A stretch of 64,000 nucleotides of DNA from Amphiscolops sp. MND2022 (taxonomy: Eukaryota), in assembly GCA_964187785.1 (NCBI GenBank), contig OZ076409.1, forward strand, positions 64,978,001 to 65,042,000. Reading direction: 5' to 3'. Made by a program: the position numbers and the translations under genes. The notes under the pieces were generated by a model. It saw only the letters and a list, made by a program, of their open reading frames with translations, did no database searches and was not told the DNA's origin. Of the stretch, positions 1 through 12,800 are shown in pieces. Position 1 is the stretch's first letter, and each line of letters opens with the position of its first letter.

Positions 1-9
1 GTCCAACAA

Positions 10-80
10 TGGTGAGCTGACAGAGATTCGAACCTGATACCGCCCCAGTACAGGCCGTATACTCTAACCACTTCACCATA
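10..80 (-). other. tRNA-like sequence (tRNA pseudogene or tRNA-derived SINE head), 5' acceptor strand not evident
   Basis: The minus strand reads TGGTGAAGTGGTTAG (A-box-like) ... GGTTCGAATC (B-box) ... CTCACCA with an encoded CCA. A complete cloverleaf cannot be drawn. Confidence 0.4.
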
Positions 81-888
81 ATATAACTTTTTCTAGCTAA
101 CTGGATAAAAATAGCAATGTGCTGATTAACGAACGAAGATCATTGTTATTTTTGAGATACTAGAAAGGTTATACCTGAAAGAACTCAGCAGCAAGGAAAT
201 GATTATCGAGAAATTCGTGCGTTTTTCAAATCGGCTGAATGCGGTAATCTATGCTTTAAATGTTTTGAAGGATTTCGATTGTGTCAAAATGGATTTCCGT
301 TCTATTTCATGATATTTTCAATCAATGCGGGCTGTTTTGGTACAGCTACTGCCAATTGCTAATGTACTAGGATCGTTAAGTACACCCAATGTCAGGGATT
401 TTCCATCTGTGAACAACGCGTGCAAGCATACTAAAATACGAATGACAAAAGGGTCTTCAGCTTGTGGCACTGTTAGGCTGTTTTCACAATTTTGAAAACC
501 TATGCAAAATGTTCTGCAATTTTATTCCTGGAATGGGGTGGATGTTTTTCAGTTTTAAGCAGAACAAATCTTTTCAGTTGAAAAGTAGCTTGAGAAATGT
601 TTTCCTCCTATAGTTTAAATTGCAATACATTTGTTCATTGTATAGTACGATCGCAAAATGAGCAGTTTATTTGGCCGAGGTGATTTTCTGTACTTACAAC
701 GAGTTTTCAGCAACAGAATTTTTGACAAGTTGTTTTTGGCGATTGGTTTTGGACGAGTTGTTTTTGACTACAATTCCTAAATTCTTGTAAAATATCCCGA
801 TATCATCTTGAATTTTTCGCACTTCAGAAGCCAAATGTCTCGAATAGGCGAAGAGTAGATTTGTCACTTTCTGATTGGTTGGTTTTAC

Positions 889-3800
889 CTTTCTTTGGAG
901 TGTCGTGAGATGGCGGCCAACACAGAAAGAGTGGCAGAAATACAGGCCATAGTGGAGGCTATCTCGAAGGCGAGTCTGTAGGAGCCACTTGCGTCATAGA
1001 TAAGACCACCAATCACAGGTCCACAAAGACACCCTATCCCCTGAGCCAACATCACCCACGTGAATCCGTTGCTCTTCTTGCCGACTACTTCCTGCAGCGT
1101 TTTTCAATTATAGAAAACAAAATGAAACAAGTACTAAGTACTTTTGGTAAAAGTGCACATAGAGCACAAAATGTGAACCATTCAGAGTCACACTGACAAA
1201 AAACTAGTCGCTGTAATATTTGAGCTTTTTTTCTTAAGTGAAAAGGCGCCGACTAAAAAGAGTAAACAAAAAAATTTGAGTTTTCAAAAATGCTGAAAAA
1301 ATTTAGTCATTTGAAATTTCAGTAATGAATTATCACTTTCAACACATCTTGTAACTCTTGTTGAAATCCTCCATACTCGATTAAATTTGATAATAATCCT
1401 GCCGAGATTCTCAAGAATCATTGAAAATCTTAGTAAGTGTTTCAAAACACAAGACACCTCAGCGCTACTGTCGTAAGCATTTAAATTAATACCACCATCA
1501 TTCTGATGGTTATGGTTATGCTTGCTAGTTGAACTGTCTTTGGGGTTAATATTTTGCAGTCCTTCGGAATTTATTTCCGGTCTCTCGGACGGAATGTCCC
1601 ATCTGTTTTGTGTCATGTGTCCTGATCCGGCACTAAGGGCGGATTGGATTTGTGGGAGTACTTGGTTGCTTATTGCATCATTAATTGCCCTTTGGATCTG
1701 AGAATTGACACTACACATCATATCATCTAACTCTCTTGATAATCTAGAGTTCAATTCACTTGACAACTTGTTAATCTCAGCACTAGAGTTGCCACCAATT
1801 GAGTTTCGACCATAATTGGCATTATTACCAGGATCAATGTCCCTTGTGACTGAGTGCCTGTTTTCACCACTATTTCCTAGTTCATCTGCAGAGGTACTAC
1901 CAGGCCTTCTGCCGAAATTGCTACTAACACTTCCGTCCCTTTCATTTCTATTGAAGTGGTTTTCCCCTAGCATTATGTCAAGGTTCTCCAAGTCAGAAAG
2001 CATCTCAATTCCTCTAGACTTTCTAGCTTTCTTTTGTTTCCTTGTAGTAGGCATCAAGGTTTCAAGGTTGAATATTTTATTTGGTAATCTAGTCTTGCAA
2101 TCTATAAATGCGTAACAAATCAACTGATCTGAACAATCGGTATGGAATTAATAATCACCTCAAGGAAACATTGCTATATATACCCTTACAAGTGTGATCA
2201 AATTCCATTTGTAATCGACAAATTCCTTAATGGTCATGAGGACCGACATACAGTTAGATAGTTAGCACCTCGAAGACTTTCAGGAATTCGTCCTAGTAAG
2301 GTCAAATGTTATTCCAAACATCACGTGGTTATAGGTGTGACAGGCGGCGCGCCCAACTTACATTGACCGTGAGTTAACATCAAACAAATAACTAACGTAC
2401 TTAACATCAATACAAATAACAAAAATGTTAACAATGCACTGTTCATTGCATTCCTTATTACAAGGTGTTGAGACAGCACGTGCTACCACGCGGCTTGCCA
2501 TGTGCCGTCTAATTCACGTATCAAATTGAATAAATCATGATCAACAAACGCAGCAGTGACATTGGTGCAAGTTATTTTCACGAGGCCGAAACTGGCCATG
2601 ACCGGGGTTTCAGTCTTGCACTGGGAAAAGGTGGGGGGGGGCTTCATTCCAACTGCAATTATTATTATGCTTATTTCTCACATTTAAGCAGAGGGGGAGT
2701 ATAATTATAGCATCAACAAGTGGACTAAAGTGAATTTGAAATAATAGGTCCGGTTATTACTATCAAAGCAACGTCAATTAACTATTTGTACAAAATGGCC
2801 GGAACCGGCCGTTTGACCAAGTAATACAGCACAGCAAGCGTTATTTAGGAAATAGGCCTAATTAGGCCATGATAGCAACAAAGCTAATATAGCACAACAA
2901 ATACAGCGCTCTGATTGGATAAGACAATGCGCTCAAGTGACGCTTTTGGATCAGCGCTTAGCATCACTTGAACACGTTTCCTATACTGCCTTACAGTTGC
3001 TTTATATTACATTGCTCTGCTGTAATTGCATTCAACACATTTGCAACATAAAACATCCCAATTTGGACAATTCCAAATTGTACTTAACAGACTAATATTC
3101 AGTTTGGATAAATAAACTAAAATAGTTAAAGCGAGTCTTGGCAATTGCAGTTTTGAGTTTAATAAATGGGTAATGTACCTGGGGTAATTTCTTGTCCGTA
3201 TCCCGAGGTCGTATAGTTGTTGCCATCACAGGCGGCAGCCTGCGACACTGCGGGTGCAATGAAAAGTAAGCTGCCGGCGTTAAGACCGTTCACGTACGCT
3301 TCCCGCCTCAATTTGGTGATGTACTCAGGCTCTCCTCTGGGGGTCGATCTGTCCATATACCACTTGATTTTTTCCTCTTTGATTTCATCTACTGCTCTCC
3401 CGCAGACCATGCAACTAGTACACCGTTGTCTGCTTATATCGTCGTAGGGCCTCGAGTTCTGAATATGATATGAGGCACGGAAGCTCCCACTAGTTGATTG
3501 GACCAAAGGGGTGTCTTTGCTTGGGCCCTTTTCTTGATCCGGGGGAGATAGGGGCGACTCCAAAACTGGCAAAATCGTACTACAAATCTTGATTTTTGAT
3601 TTTCCGGCCTTCTTCGGGGGGGGGCGTAGCACCTATCTATGTCGAAATACCTGTGATCCAGTTTAGGTGTCATCTCAGTGTCCGTCTTTGACGTGCTTGG
3701 TCCAGCCACCATATCATTTTCCGTTGTGTCCACCGTCATAATTCGTCCTGCGATCAGCATTGGGCTCGACGTAACCTCTTTCTCTATGCGGGCGATTAAT

Positions 3801-6800
3801 TGTTCCGTGTCGGTAGAACAGTCCGATTCCCAGTATGAGGACTCTTCTTCATCGCTAGAGATGTAGATTACCGAATCAGTAGATTCATCTGAGTCGCAAC
3901 CTTCAAGATCAAATAATTTCCTTGAGAGGTTAAATTTGCTCATTATGTATTTCTTTGCAATTTTGAGTCTAGGCAAGTCAACTGTTTGTCGATGAAATAT
4001 GAGATCGAATGAATTTATCAAACTTAGGGTATTAGCCGAGTTCGGTCTTTTCCCGGCAATTCGTTGTGGCGGTAGAATTCCTCAGTCGAATCTCCCAATC
4101 CGACATAAACATTCTTGAATGGAATTCCATAATTAGTTGGCTGCCTTTGATAATCCAATGTTTACCCCCCATCTACTACACCGCTTGGAGAGGTGTGAAT
4201 AACACTCGAGTCATCAAAACCAACTCCACTATTTTCAAGTGGGTAATTAACAGGTCGCTTGAAGGTAATTAACTGCGCTCGTCGTAGCTCTTTCTCAACA
4301 TGGCGTTAGCCAATCAGAATTACCCGTTGATAAAATGAAAAATTAATAAATAAAATGGCGAAAAATAATAATTTTGACTATTCTAAAATGGCGATTTCTA
4401 ACTAAGGGTAATAAAGGCAACGGAACAAAACGGTAAAGGTAAGTAGGGTAAAAGGCCGTAATCGGCCACTCAACTAACGAAGTTATAAATAACGAGGAAT
4501 TTTCTGTACATTTCGCTGGCAGACTCCGTGTACAGTTTTAAATATGTAGATAATCGAATAATATTAGTCTGATAATTCTTCAGCCACGAACTCCAACTCT
4601 CCGATCCTATCTGATTGTTACATTTTCAATTCCATCTAACTTCCATTTGTCTCCATCCAAATTCAACACATTTGCATATTCGTTACACTTTGCTATTACG
4701 ACGTCCTTTCCTCTCATCACGAGCGGCATCTCCCTCTCAGAGAATCTCTGGTTCCTTCCTTCCCCAGCCGAGATTGGCTCAATCACACAGTCCCTTCGTT
4801 GTTCCTCATTCTTCTACCTTGGACTAACGATACTGGAGAAGCATGTCTTCGAGTACAGGTTGGTCTGGTTTTCACATGTTGAACTAGCTTAGCTTGATCA
4901 GGGCTAAATTTCGTTCGTACAGCGCTTCCTGTTTCCACTAATAGGCACGTGATAACACGTTTTGTTCAAGTCTAAGATACTTCCGGAAGATTTCTAGCGC
5001 GGTAATATGGATTCTTTTCGAGGAAGCATACCGCCAAATTTTATCTCTTTTCGTTTAGAGAACCAAACAACTGAAGTTGTGAATACACCAGCTAACCCCT
5101 CTGACAGCGTTTCGACAAGCAACCCCTTGTCTGAACAGACTGAGCAAGTCCAGCATCCAGCTACGTCCCAAGAATCACTCGGCCAACGAATTGACGAAGC
5201 CACTTCCTCCCATGACGCCGATAGTGACCCAGATGTTACTACATATGCAGACAATATGGTACGTCAGTTGGAGGGAGCGCAAACATCAAGCCTTCCGCAA
5301 GAAGGGACAGAGCAAAGAGGCCAATTCTCAGAAGTCAAACTTGATACCCCAAAGGATCCTGTCATTACGCCCATCACTGAGCCTAGAAGAGCGAGCACCC
5401 CACTTTCTGATAATGTGGGGGAGACCCCAAGTGCTGACCTTTCTGCTTTAGAGTCAGCCTTTCGAGTAGTCGGGACACCCGGATCCCAATTAGTTGAACT
5501 TGTGGATATTGATCTTTCAGCCAACACCACTGGAGATAGCCCAACCCTGCAGCAGGACACGGAAGCAGCTTCCTCGGTAGGAGACGCTCCACCCCTCCCC
5601 AGTGGGGAAGTAAGAGTTCGATACCTCACTGAGCCCAGCGGAGATGAGGGGGCAACCGACCAGTCCAGCGTGATAGCTCCAGTAGCTCTATATGGAAGTC
5701 ATCCTTTCTCTCACGCCTCTGGAACAGATGGAGGGGACGAAATTGGACCTGACCCTCACGTTCCAGGTACCAGTGGGCCGTCGTCCGGGCAAGGCGCGGC
5801 TCAGAAAGAACCACCTCACCTCTCAGGAAGGAGTCGGGCAATTCTCAAGGAGTATTTTGATGAGTCGCCACCCTTGAGGTTCCCCGTAGGCCAATCCACC
5901 GTCACCTTCACAGAGCCGCAAGTATATCACTTGTTGAGAGTCCTTACCGATGAGACTCTAGGACGGTCCTTCTCAACCATGGAAAAAATGGTTATTGATG
6001 CGGTTCGAGGCAGGCCAGCCATTGCTCCATCCAGGACTGCACATTTCTACTCGGGTAGACGAGCTCAGACTCCTGGACCTGCAGCCATGGGAGATTCCAG
6101 CGGAAGTGACACCGAAAGGGAAGCCACTCTGGGGGACAGAGATGCTGGATCAACTGAGACCGAAATGACAGGAGAGTCCTCCTATTATGGGGAGACTGAC
6201 AGCGCAACAGAAATGGATCTTATAACCAAGTCCTTCAAGAAGGTCACACAAGGTCAAGGCGCTCCTGAACCGCAAACTCCCAGTCAAGACATATCACAGG
6301 ATGTTGAGATTGAAGCCCCAGAGTCCAGTAGCCAAGATGATACTTTGCTTGAGGTTAAGAATCAAGCTCTAGCCGCACCCAGCGCTGGATCCTCCGGGAC
6401 TAAAAAGAAGAAAGGAAGCAAGGCCCTCTCCAGACGTGGGGTCCCTATGCGGGAGGAATTCTTTAGCAAAATTGGATGGACGAGATCCTTCATTTCTGGC
6501 CCAGCAGATCCTCTTCATAATCCCCTCATGGTCTGGTGCCACATTTGTAAAAAGAATTTTTCCATAAAGTCAAAGGGGCCATACGAAATCCTCAGGCACC
6601 ATCGGACTGCACGTCATCTGCGGCGAGACCAGCGTTGGCGATACGAACACCTCCGCAGCGTCGATCCAGTCACAGGGAAGACGCAACACCGAGTCCGAGG
6701 TGGGAACGGGAAACTCCTGACCAAGGTGGAGTTAGCTAGAGAGCTGCCTAAATTCAGGAATGTTGAATTAGTGGACATTGGTGAGCGCTTTCCTTTTTAT

Positions 6801-9800
6801 GACGACTTCGTCAAAGGCTCCACCACTACCATGGCCACCCCTGAAGCTCGCCTCAAAACTCAGCTCTGCCTGGTTGGCGATTACATCAGGACCCAAGGCG
6901 ATATGATGGTCTTGCGCAACCTGTGGTCCCGAATTGGATCGTTCACCAACCATCAGAGCAGTTTCAACGATTTTGATTGGGGTGAAGAAAGATTGTCGGT
7001 AAGTACTTTTCGCTCCACTCATTGACAGTCTCTCCTAAGTCTTCCTCTTTCCTATTTAGTCCAAAAGGTGCTTTCTGTCTTTAGGCGATTTTCCAACATT
7101 TCTTCATCTGTTGTCTTGATGAAATCGCGGAGCAAGTCAACTCCCAACAGTGCTTCTCCCTCGAATTTGAAACAGTAGGAATTTTCAAACACATGTCCAT
7201 CAAGTTCTGGAAGGGGTCTGAACTCTGCAGGGTGTTCGTCTGTCGTAGCTCCCGATTCACTACAGATGTTACCGGCGAACTGGGATCTCTTTCTCGCCTC
7301 CTCTCCGCTGTGTCCACAAAGCCCGGAATAGTCGCCTGTTCGGGATGTCATCCAGATCTACCCAGAACCATTGATGAGTCTGGATATTACAACCAAGGGG
7401 TTCAGAGCTGTCCTCGATTTGAACATTTCTCCTTAGCTGGCCTCATGCATAAAACCAGCTACAGCGTCTTTGGGAAAATAGATTTTTTCTCTGTCCTGCA
7501 AGCTCTGATGGTCTCTCTGGGCGGTTCTCTCATGGAAGACTGGGTCATCAGAAGTCCTGAGCTCACCAAGGTGAGTAGTTTTCTTATAGAATCTTCATCT
7601 AGGGAACGGGAACTGGGTCAGGACGTTTAGATATTCCTATCATGCTAACGCAGGTTTAATTGGTATTTCAGGCCATAACCAGTTGCAAGCTAGAAGTACC
7701 AACCCTGCCCATTCTTTGCCGAGAGCTCATTGCCGAGTGGAAGTCTGTGGTGCGCTACCTCACTAATCACGCACCCTTGCAAGAAGGATCTGGCTCCAGA
7801 GGAAGGGTTAGATTTCCTTATCTGCACTTAAGCCCCTAAGGGTTTGGGTTGTCCTTATCCGTCAAACAAACCAAAGGTCCGTTTTCCAATCGTCAATTGG
7901 CCATATGTTTGTTCCAGGCACAAAGTTTCGAGTGGTCACTGATATGTGACGAATTCTTCACCCTTAAGCTGGAGTTCTTCAGCAAGATCGTCAATGACTG
8001 TGAGTGTAGTCCTGTACAATTTTCGTGAGAGAAAACTGTCTTGAGTTGGACATCAGTTTTGTTTTTAGTCGTTTCCAGCTTCACAGTGAATCTGCAATAC
8101 CGCCGGGATGCTTCCTTCTATCTATGCGGAGAAGTTAGCCGCTTCCTCAGCCTGCTTTGCTCCCGAATCTATACTCCGGACACTGCCCCAATTGCCAACG
8201 CTTGGTTTCTCCTCCTCCGGTTCCAGACCAGTGAGGGTACTTTCCTCCCCGGAGACGAATACCTGATTCGTCTCAAGATGAGCAATCGAGTGGCAACGGC
8301 AAGCAGGGTCAAGGCTGATGGAATCCATTTCGGCCAGAAAACTGAACGTCCTGCCATCCTGGCCACTGCCGATAAGGTAAAAGCTGATTTCGTCAAGGAC
8401 AGCCAGCAGTACATCCAGTTTTTGATTAATGGAGTACTCGAGAAGACAGCTTTCAGCACCAACCTCATAAAAGGATTGGCGGCCTTTGATCCTTATATCA
8501 TGCTGAAGCGACCCACGGATGTAGCTTTGCGGCACTTCGAGGTACTCTACAACACCTTTGCACTTCGATCTTGGGTTGAAGAATCAAATGAGTCTCAGTG
8601 TCGGGACCAGTATATTCAGTTGCTGGACCATCTCCAGACTGCCTTCGGTTCCAGCTTTGATATCACTAGCGTGGAACCCGATTTGATTCAATTCCTGATG
8701 GGGCTTGATTTCCTCCATGAGCGTCCACACTTGTTATATCTCTTCAAATTGAGTTGTTTGTGTTCAACCACCGTCAGCCCAAGTTACCCAGATGTCACCT
8801 TTGGAGAGGTCACCACTGCAGGAGGGCAAAGCAGATTTACGGACCTGGTCTTGCCTTGCCAGAGTTACATGGCCAATGTTGCCGGATCGGTTTTACGGAG
8901 CAGTGAAGACTCCCACTTGGCCAAGTTCTCTGCTCTAGCTGAGTCCTTTGGACGTGCTGCCTTTTCCTCAGAGTACGATCCTTGGGTTTATACTGACACT
9001 TTCGGTCGGTCAAGAATCTATAAGTCTCTCCTGTCCACTCACCGCAAAGCCGACTCAGCTCCGAAGAGGGTTTCAACGCAGGTCAATTTGGCAGAGAGTA
9101 GTACCGTTGAAGAGCAGTCTGCAGTAAGGATCCCCAGTAGCAAGAAGCGGAAGAAGGGAAGGAGTGTTTCCCGATCATCATCATCCTCTGTCGTTGGTAG
9201 TCCTAGTAAGGATTCTTCTACTAAATCCTGATTCTGTACATATGTATTTATGTACATCAAACTGTAAACTCTGTTGATTTCTTTATTTCTCATTTTGTTG
9301 TCACATTTGTATTCTGCTATCATTTCTTTGTTTCATGATCCCATATTTATTCACTTGTGCGGGATCATTGCTTTAATGCCCTGTTGTTTATTCTGAAAAT
9401 TCAGCTTCCGGGGCCAGAAAAAAAGAAATAAAAGGAAAAAGAAAATGAGCTAAGCGTTCTTTTGGACGCAATTTACTCTTTTCCTAGTATCTGAAGTCTT
9501 CTGAGTAGTTTGGGTTAGGATTAGGCCTGAGATTATATTTCCTTCCTCTGGGGCTCAAGCTCTCTTTTCTAGCATCATTTTGCGATATTTCGGGCACGAT
9601 AATATCATCCCCCTTTTTCGGAGAATTTTGTGCATCGTTTTCATTCATCAAATTCTTTTCTGGAAAATTCGCATCGTCTTTTAGTCTTTCAACCGTATTC
9701 GGCACAGGTTTTTCTTGATCCGTTGTGGAAACGGCCGGATTCGGCCAATCAGAGTTTTCATTCTCATTTGCTTCACCAGGTTCATTAGCATTGCTGACGT

Positions 9801-12800
9801 CATTTCTCATTCTTTCGGTTCTACTGCGCACAGCGTCGTTGACGTCATTCGGATAATCAGTCGTGATTACATAATCACTTTCATTCTCGTTTGCATCATT
9901 CACATTCGTTTCTGGCGTAGTCGGCCTCTCGCCATTCGTCAGGCTAGCCGGAATTGGCTCGTTGCCTCGTGTAGCTAGTTGCTCACCAAAGTTTGTTTCC
10001 CACGTTATTACATACAAGTCGTCTTGCGGAATGATTATTTCGTCGTCCGGCTGTAGGCGCTGTTCTCGGAAATTGTCCTCAAGTGGCTGATTCGGAATAA
10101 ACTTTTTGAGACGAATTCGATGCAAAATCTGCGTTTTATTTGTATTAAGCCTGCGGATGATGTAGTTCTCATTAGGTAAAATCTTCTGGACTATGAACGG
10201 TCCAACCCAACGATAATCCCTAAATGGAATTTTTGATCCTTGATGATCCGCTTTCGGTTGTAATACAAAACAGTAATCGCCCTCTTTGAGTGGGGCGGCT
10301 TTGGCTTTCCTGTCGTAATACTCCTTATATTTGATATATGACTGCATGATATTCTGCTTTGTCTTGTCAATAAGGAGTTTGGTTCGGTTCTGGATTTCTT
10401 CTGCGAATTCAGTAGTCGGATGGATTTGCTCATTTGGGTTCATTCCAAGTTTGTGATCCAAGATGTTATATGGGATTCTCCCATGGAACACTCTTGTCGG
10501 TTCGCATCCGATACTGGCATGATAACTAGTGTTATGATTGAGAACTGCTAAAGGCAAATACTTATGCCATTGTCGGCGATATTCTCCACATGCCATTTTC
10601 AAATTCGTTTTCAATGAGGCATGTGTTCGCTCTAACTTCCCGATAGTTTGCGGGTGTTTTGTCGTTGCACATTTTAGGGTAATGCCTAAAATCTGTGTAA
10701 TTTCCGCAATGATCGTGGAGGTAAAGGCAGTTCCCTTGTCCGTAATGAGCGTCGTCGGTAGGTAAGAATGTTTGGTCATAATATCAATGATTGCTTTAGC
10801 TACATTGATCGCTGATGCGTCCGTAAGAGGATAAGCAAACAAGTATCGAGAGAAGACATCAATTGCAGTTAAAACATTTTCGTATCCTCCACTTGGGGGA
10901 AGATTCGGCAATAAGTCAATTTGCATGGCGTCTTCGGGTCCAAGGTCCCATTCCGGCAAGTTAAGTAGTTCGGGCGTGATTGTTGCATTTGGGACTCGTT
11001 TGTCCTTTGCACATTGTTCACACCCTTGTACCCACTTTTTGACATGTTTCGCCATGTTGGGATAATAGTATCTCTGTCTGATCTCCTGCAGCATCTTTGA
11101 AATGCCTGGGTGCTTGTGGGCTGTCCCGTGTAGGGATTGAAGCAATTCTGGCAGCAAGTGTTGCGGGAGAAGAATTTGATGGTATTTTATATTCCCAGTT
11201 TCATCAAAATATTGCCTTGTTAGTATGTCTTCCTTGATGACAATTCTTTCCAGATTATTAGCGTAATGCCTGTATCGAGCATCTTGTTGCAGTATGTTTT
11301 CTGAGTACTCTTCATGAAGGAGCTTCGCTTTCAGTTGTTGCAGTACTGTATCTTTGGATTGCTCAATAATTATCTGGTTCGTTTTCCTCAATCGGACCTG
11401 TATTTCAGGTTGTTGTTTGACTAAGTTAGTAGATAGGGTTTGTATTGTGATAGTAGGTTCTTCAGTTACAGGGTTTTTCCTGATTGTTTCTTTCCTCGCC
11501 CAATATTGTTCTTCAGTCTCATCGTCGTCATTTGTGTAGAAGATTTGCTCTTCCTGTGAGACTCCTGCTGATTGGACGTTTATTTCTATTGGCAACGTTT
11601 GTACATCTTCTCGGATTTTCATTACTAATTTGTCCTTTGGGTCTGCTTCCAATCGGGACAAGTAATCCGCTGCCGTATTCTGTGCTCCTGGGATGTGCGC
11701 AATGACAAAATTGAACTGAATTACATAGTCGCACGCATTCCACAGGGCTGGGGGTACGATTTTCGTTTGGAAAAATCTTGTTACGGCTTTGTTGTCGGTT
11801 AGGATTATGACCGGTTTCGGTGCACCCCAGAAAATATGCCCAAATTCTTTAAATGCGAAGTAGATCGCGAGAAATTCTTTTGCATAAATTGACATCTTTA
11901 TCTGGGCTGGGGTGAAGGTTTTTGAACCATAAGCAACCGGTGCATATGATTTGCGGATTGACGTAAATTTCTGACTCGGGTCATCTTCAATTAGTACTGC
12001 ATATCCTGCAGCACCAAAGCTTGCATCTGTCATTAGGGCAATTTGCTTGTTCGGGATGGGTTGTTGTAGGGCCAAGTCGCAGCATTTGTCTAGAGCTCGA
12101 TTAATTTCCTCAAATTGTTGAACCAGTTCTTTGGACACTAGGACTTTTTCGTCACTCTTCAGCATCTTGTAGAACGGAGCAAGGCGTTCAGACAGTCTTG
12201 GGACATAATTCCGGTAGTAGTTCAAGAAACCCAAATATCTCTGTAGAGCCTTTTTCGACTTCGGAAATTTGGTTTTTTCTAGGAAATTCTGAACATTCTG
12301 CCGTTGGGGCTTGACGCCTTGTGCGGTTATTGTCCTGCCAAGGAAATCGATTTCTGTGGCACCAAAATGGCACTTGTGCATCGTCAATTTAAGGCCTGCT
12401 TCCTGGATGCATTTGAAAGTTGCTCTCAGGTTAGCAATGAGGTGATCGGCGTCGTTGGCTGCGATGCCAATATCGTCTACATACTGTGCACATTGGTCCG
12501 CTTTTATGACTTTGTCAAGGTACTCTCTCATAAAGCTAGAGAATGCGGACAGTGCTCTATTAAGGCCTTGTGCCAGTCGTCTATATGCAAATGTGCGGCT
12601 TGCAAAGTTAAAGGCCAACATTTCGATTGAACGTTGGTCAGCCATCGGAAGGCAATGATACGCTTGTGAACAGTCTAACTTGCAAAAGAGTTTCTTGCCT
12701 GCCATGTGTTGGGCGGCATCGACTAGGGTACTGACTGGATGATTATTGTTAATATAATCATCAGAGATTAGGTTGTTGATTTTTCTCAAGTCAACCAGAA

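Noticed and set aside
1284..2123. 279 aa ORF as an independent gene
   Set aside because: It is the Gag N-terminus duplicated in the 3' LTR, running out into flanking intron sequence after 1469.
7058..7059. Alternative acceptor TTTAG for the intron starting at 6999
   Set aside because: It leads to an in-frame TGA within ~20 codons, whereas the acceptor at 7083..7084 keeps the frame open.
5007..9231. ORFs 5007..7025, 7193..7630 and 8041..9231 as three separate genes, or as env
   Set aside because: Consensus splice sites join them into one frame. They are antisense and lack a signal peptide, furin site or TM anchor.
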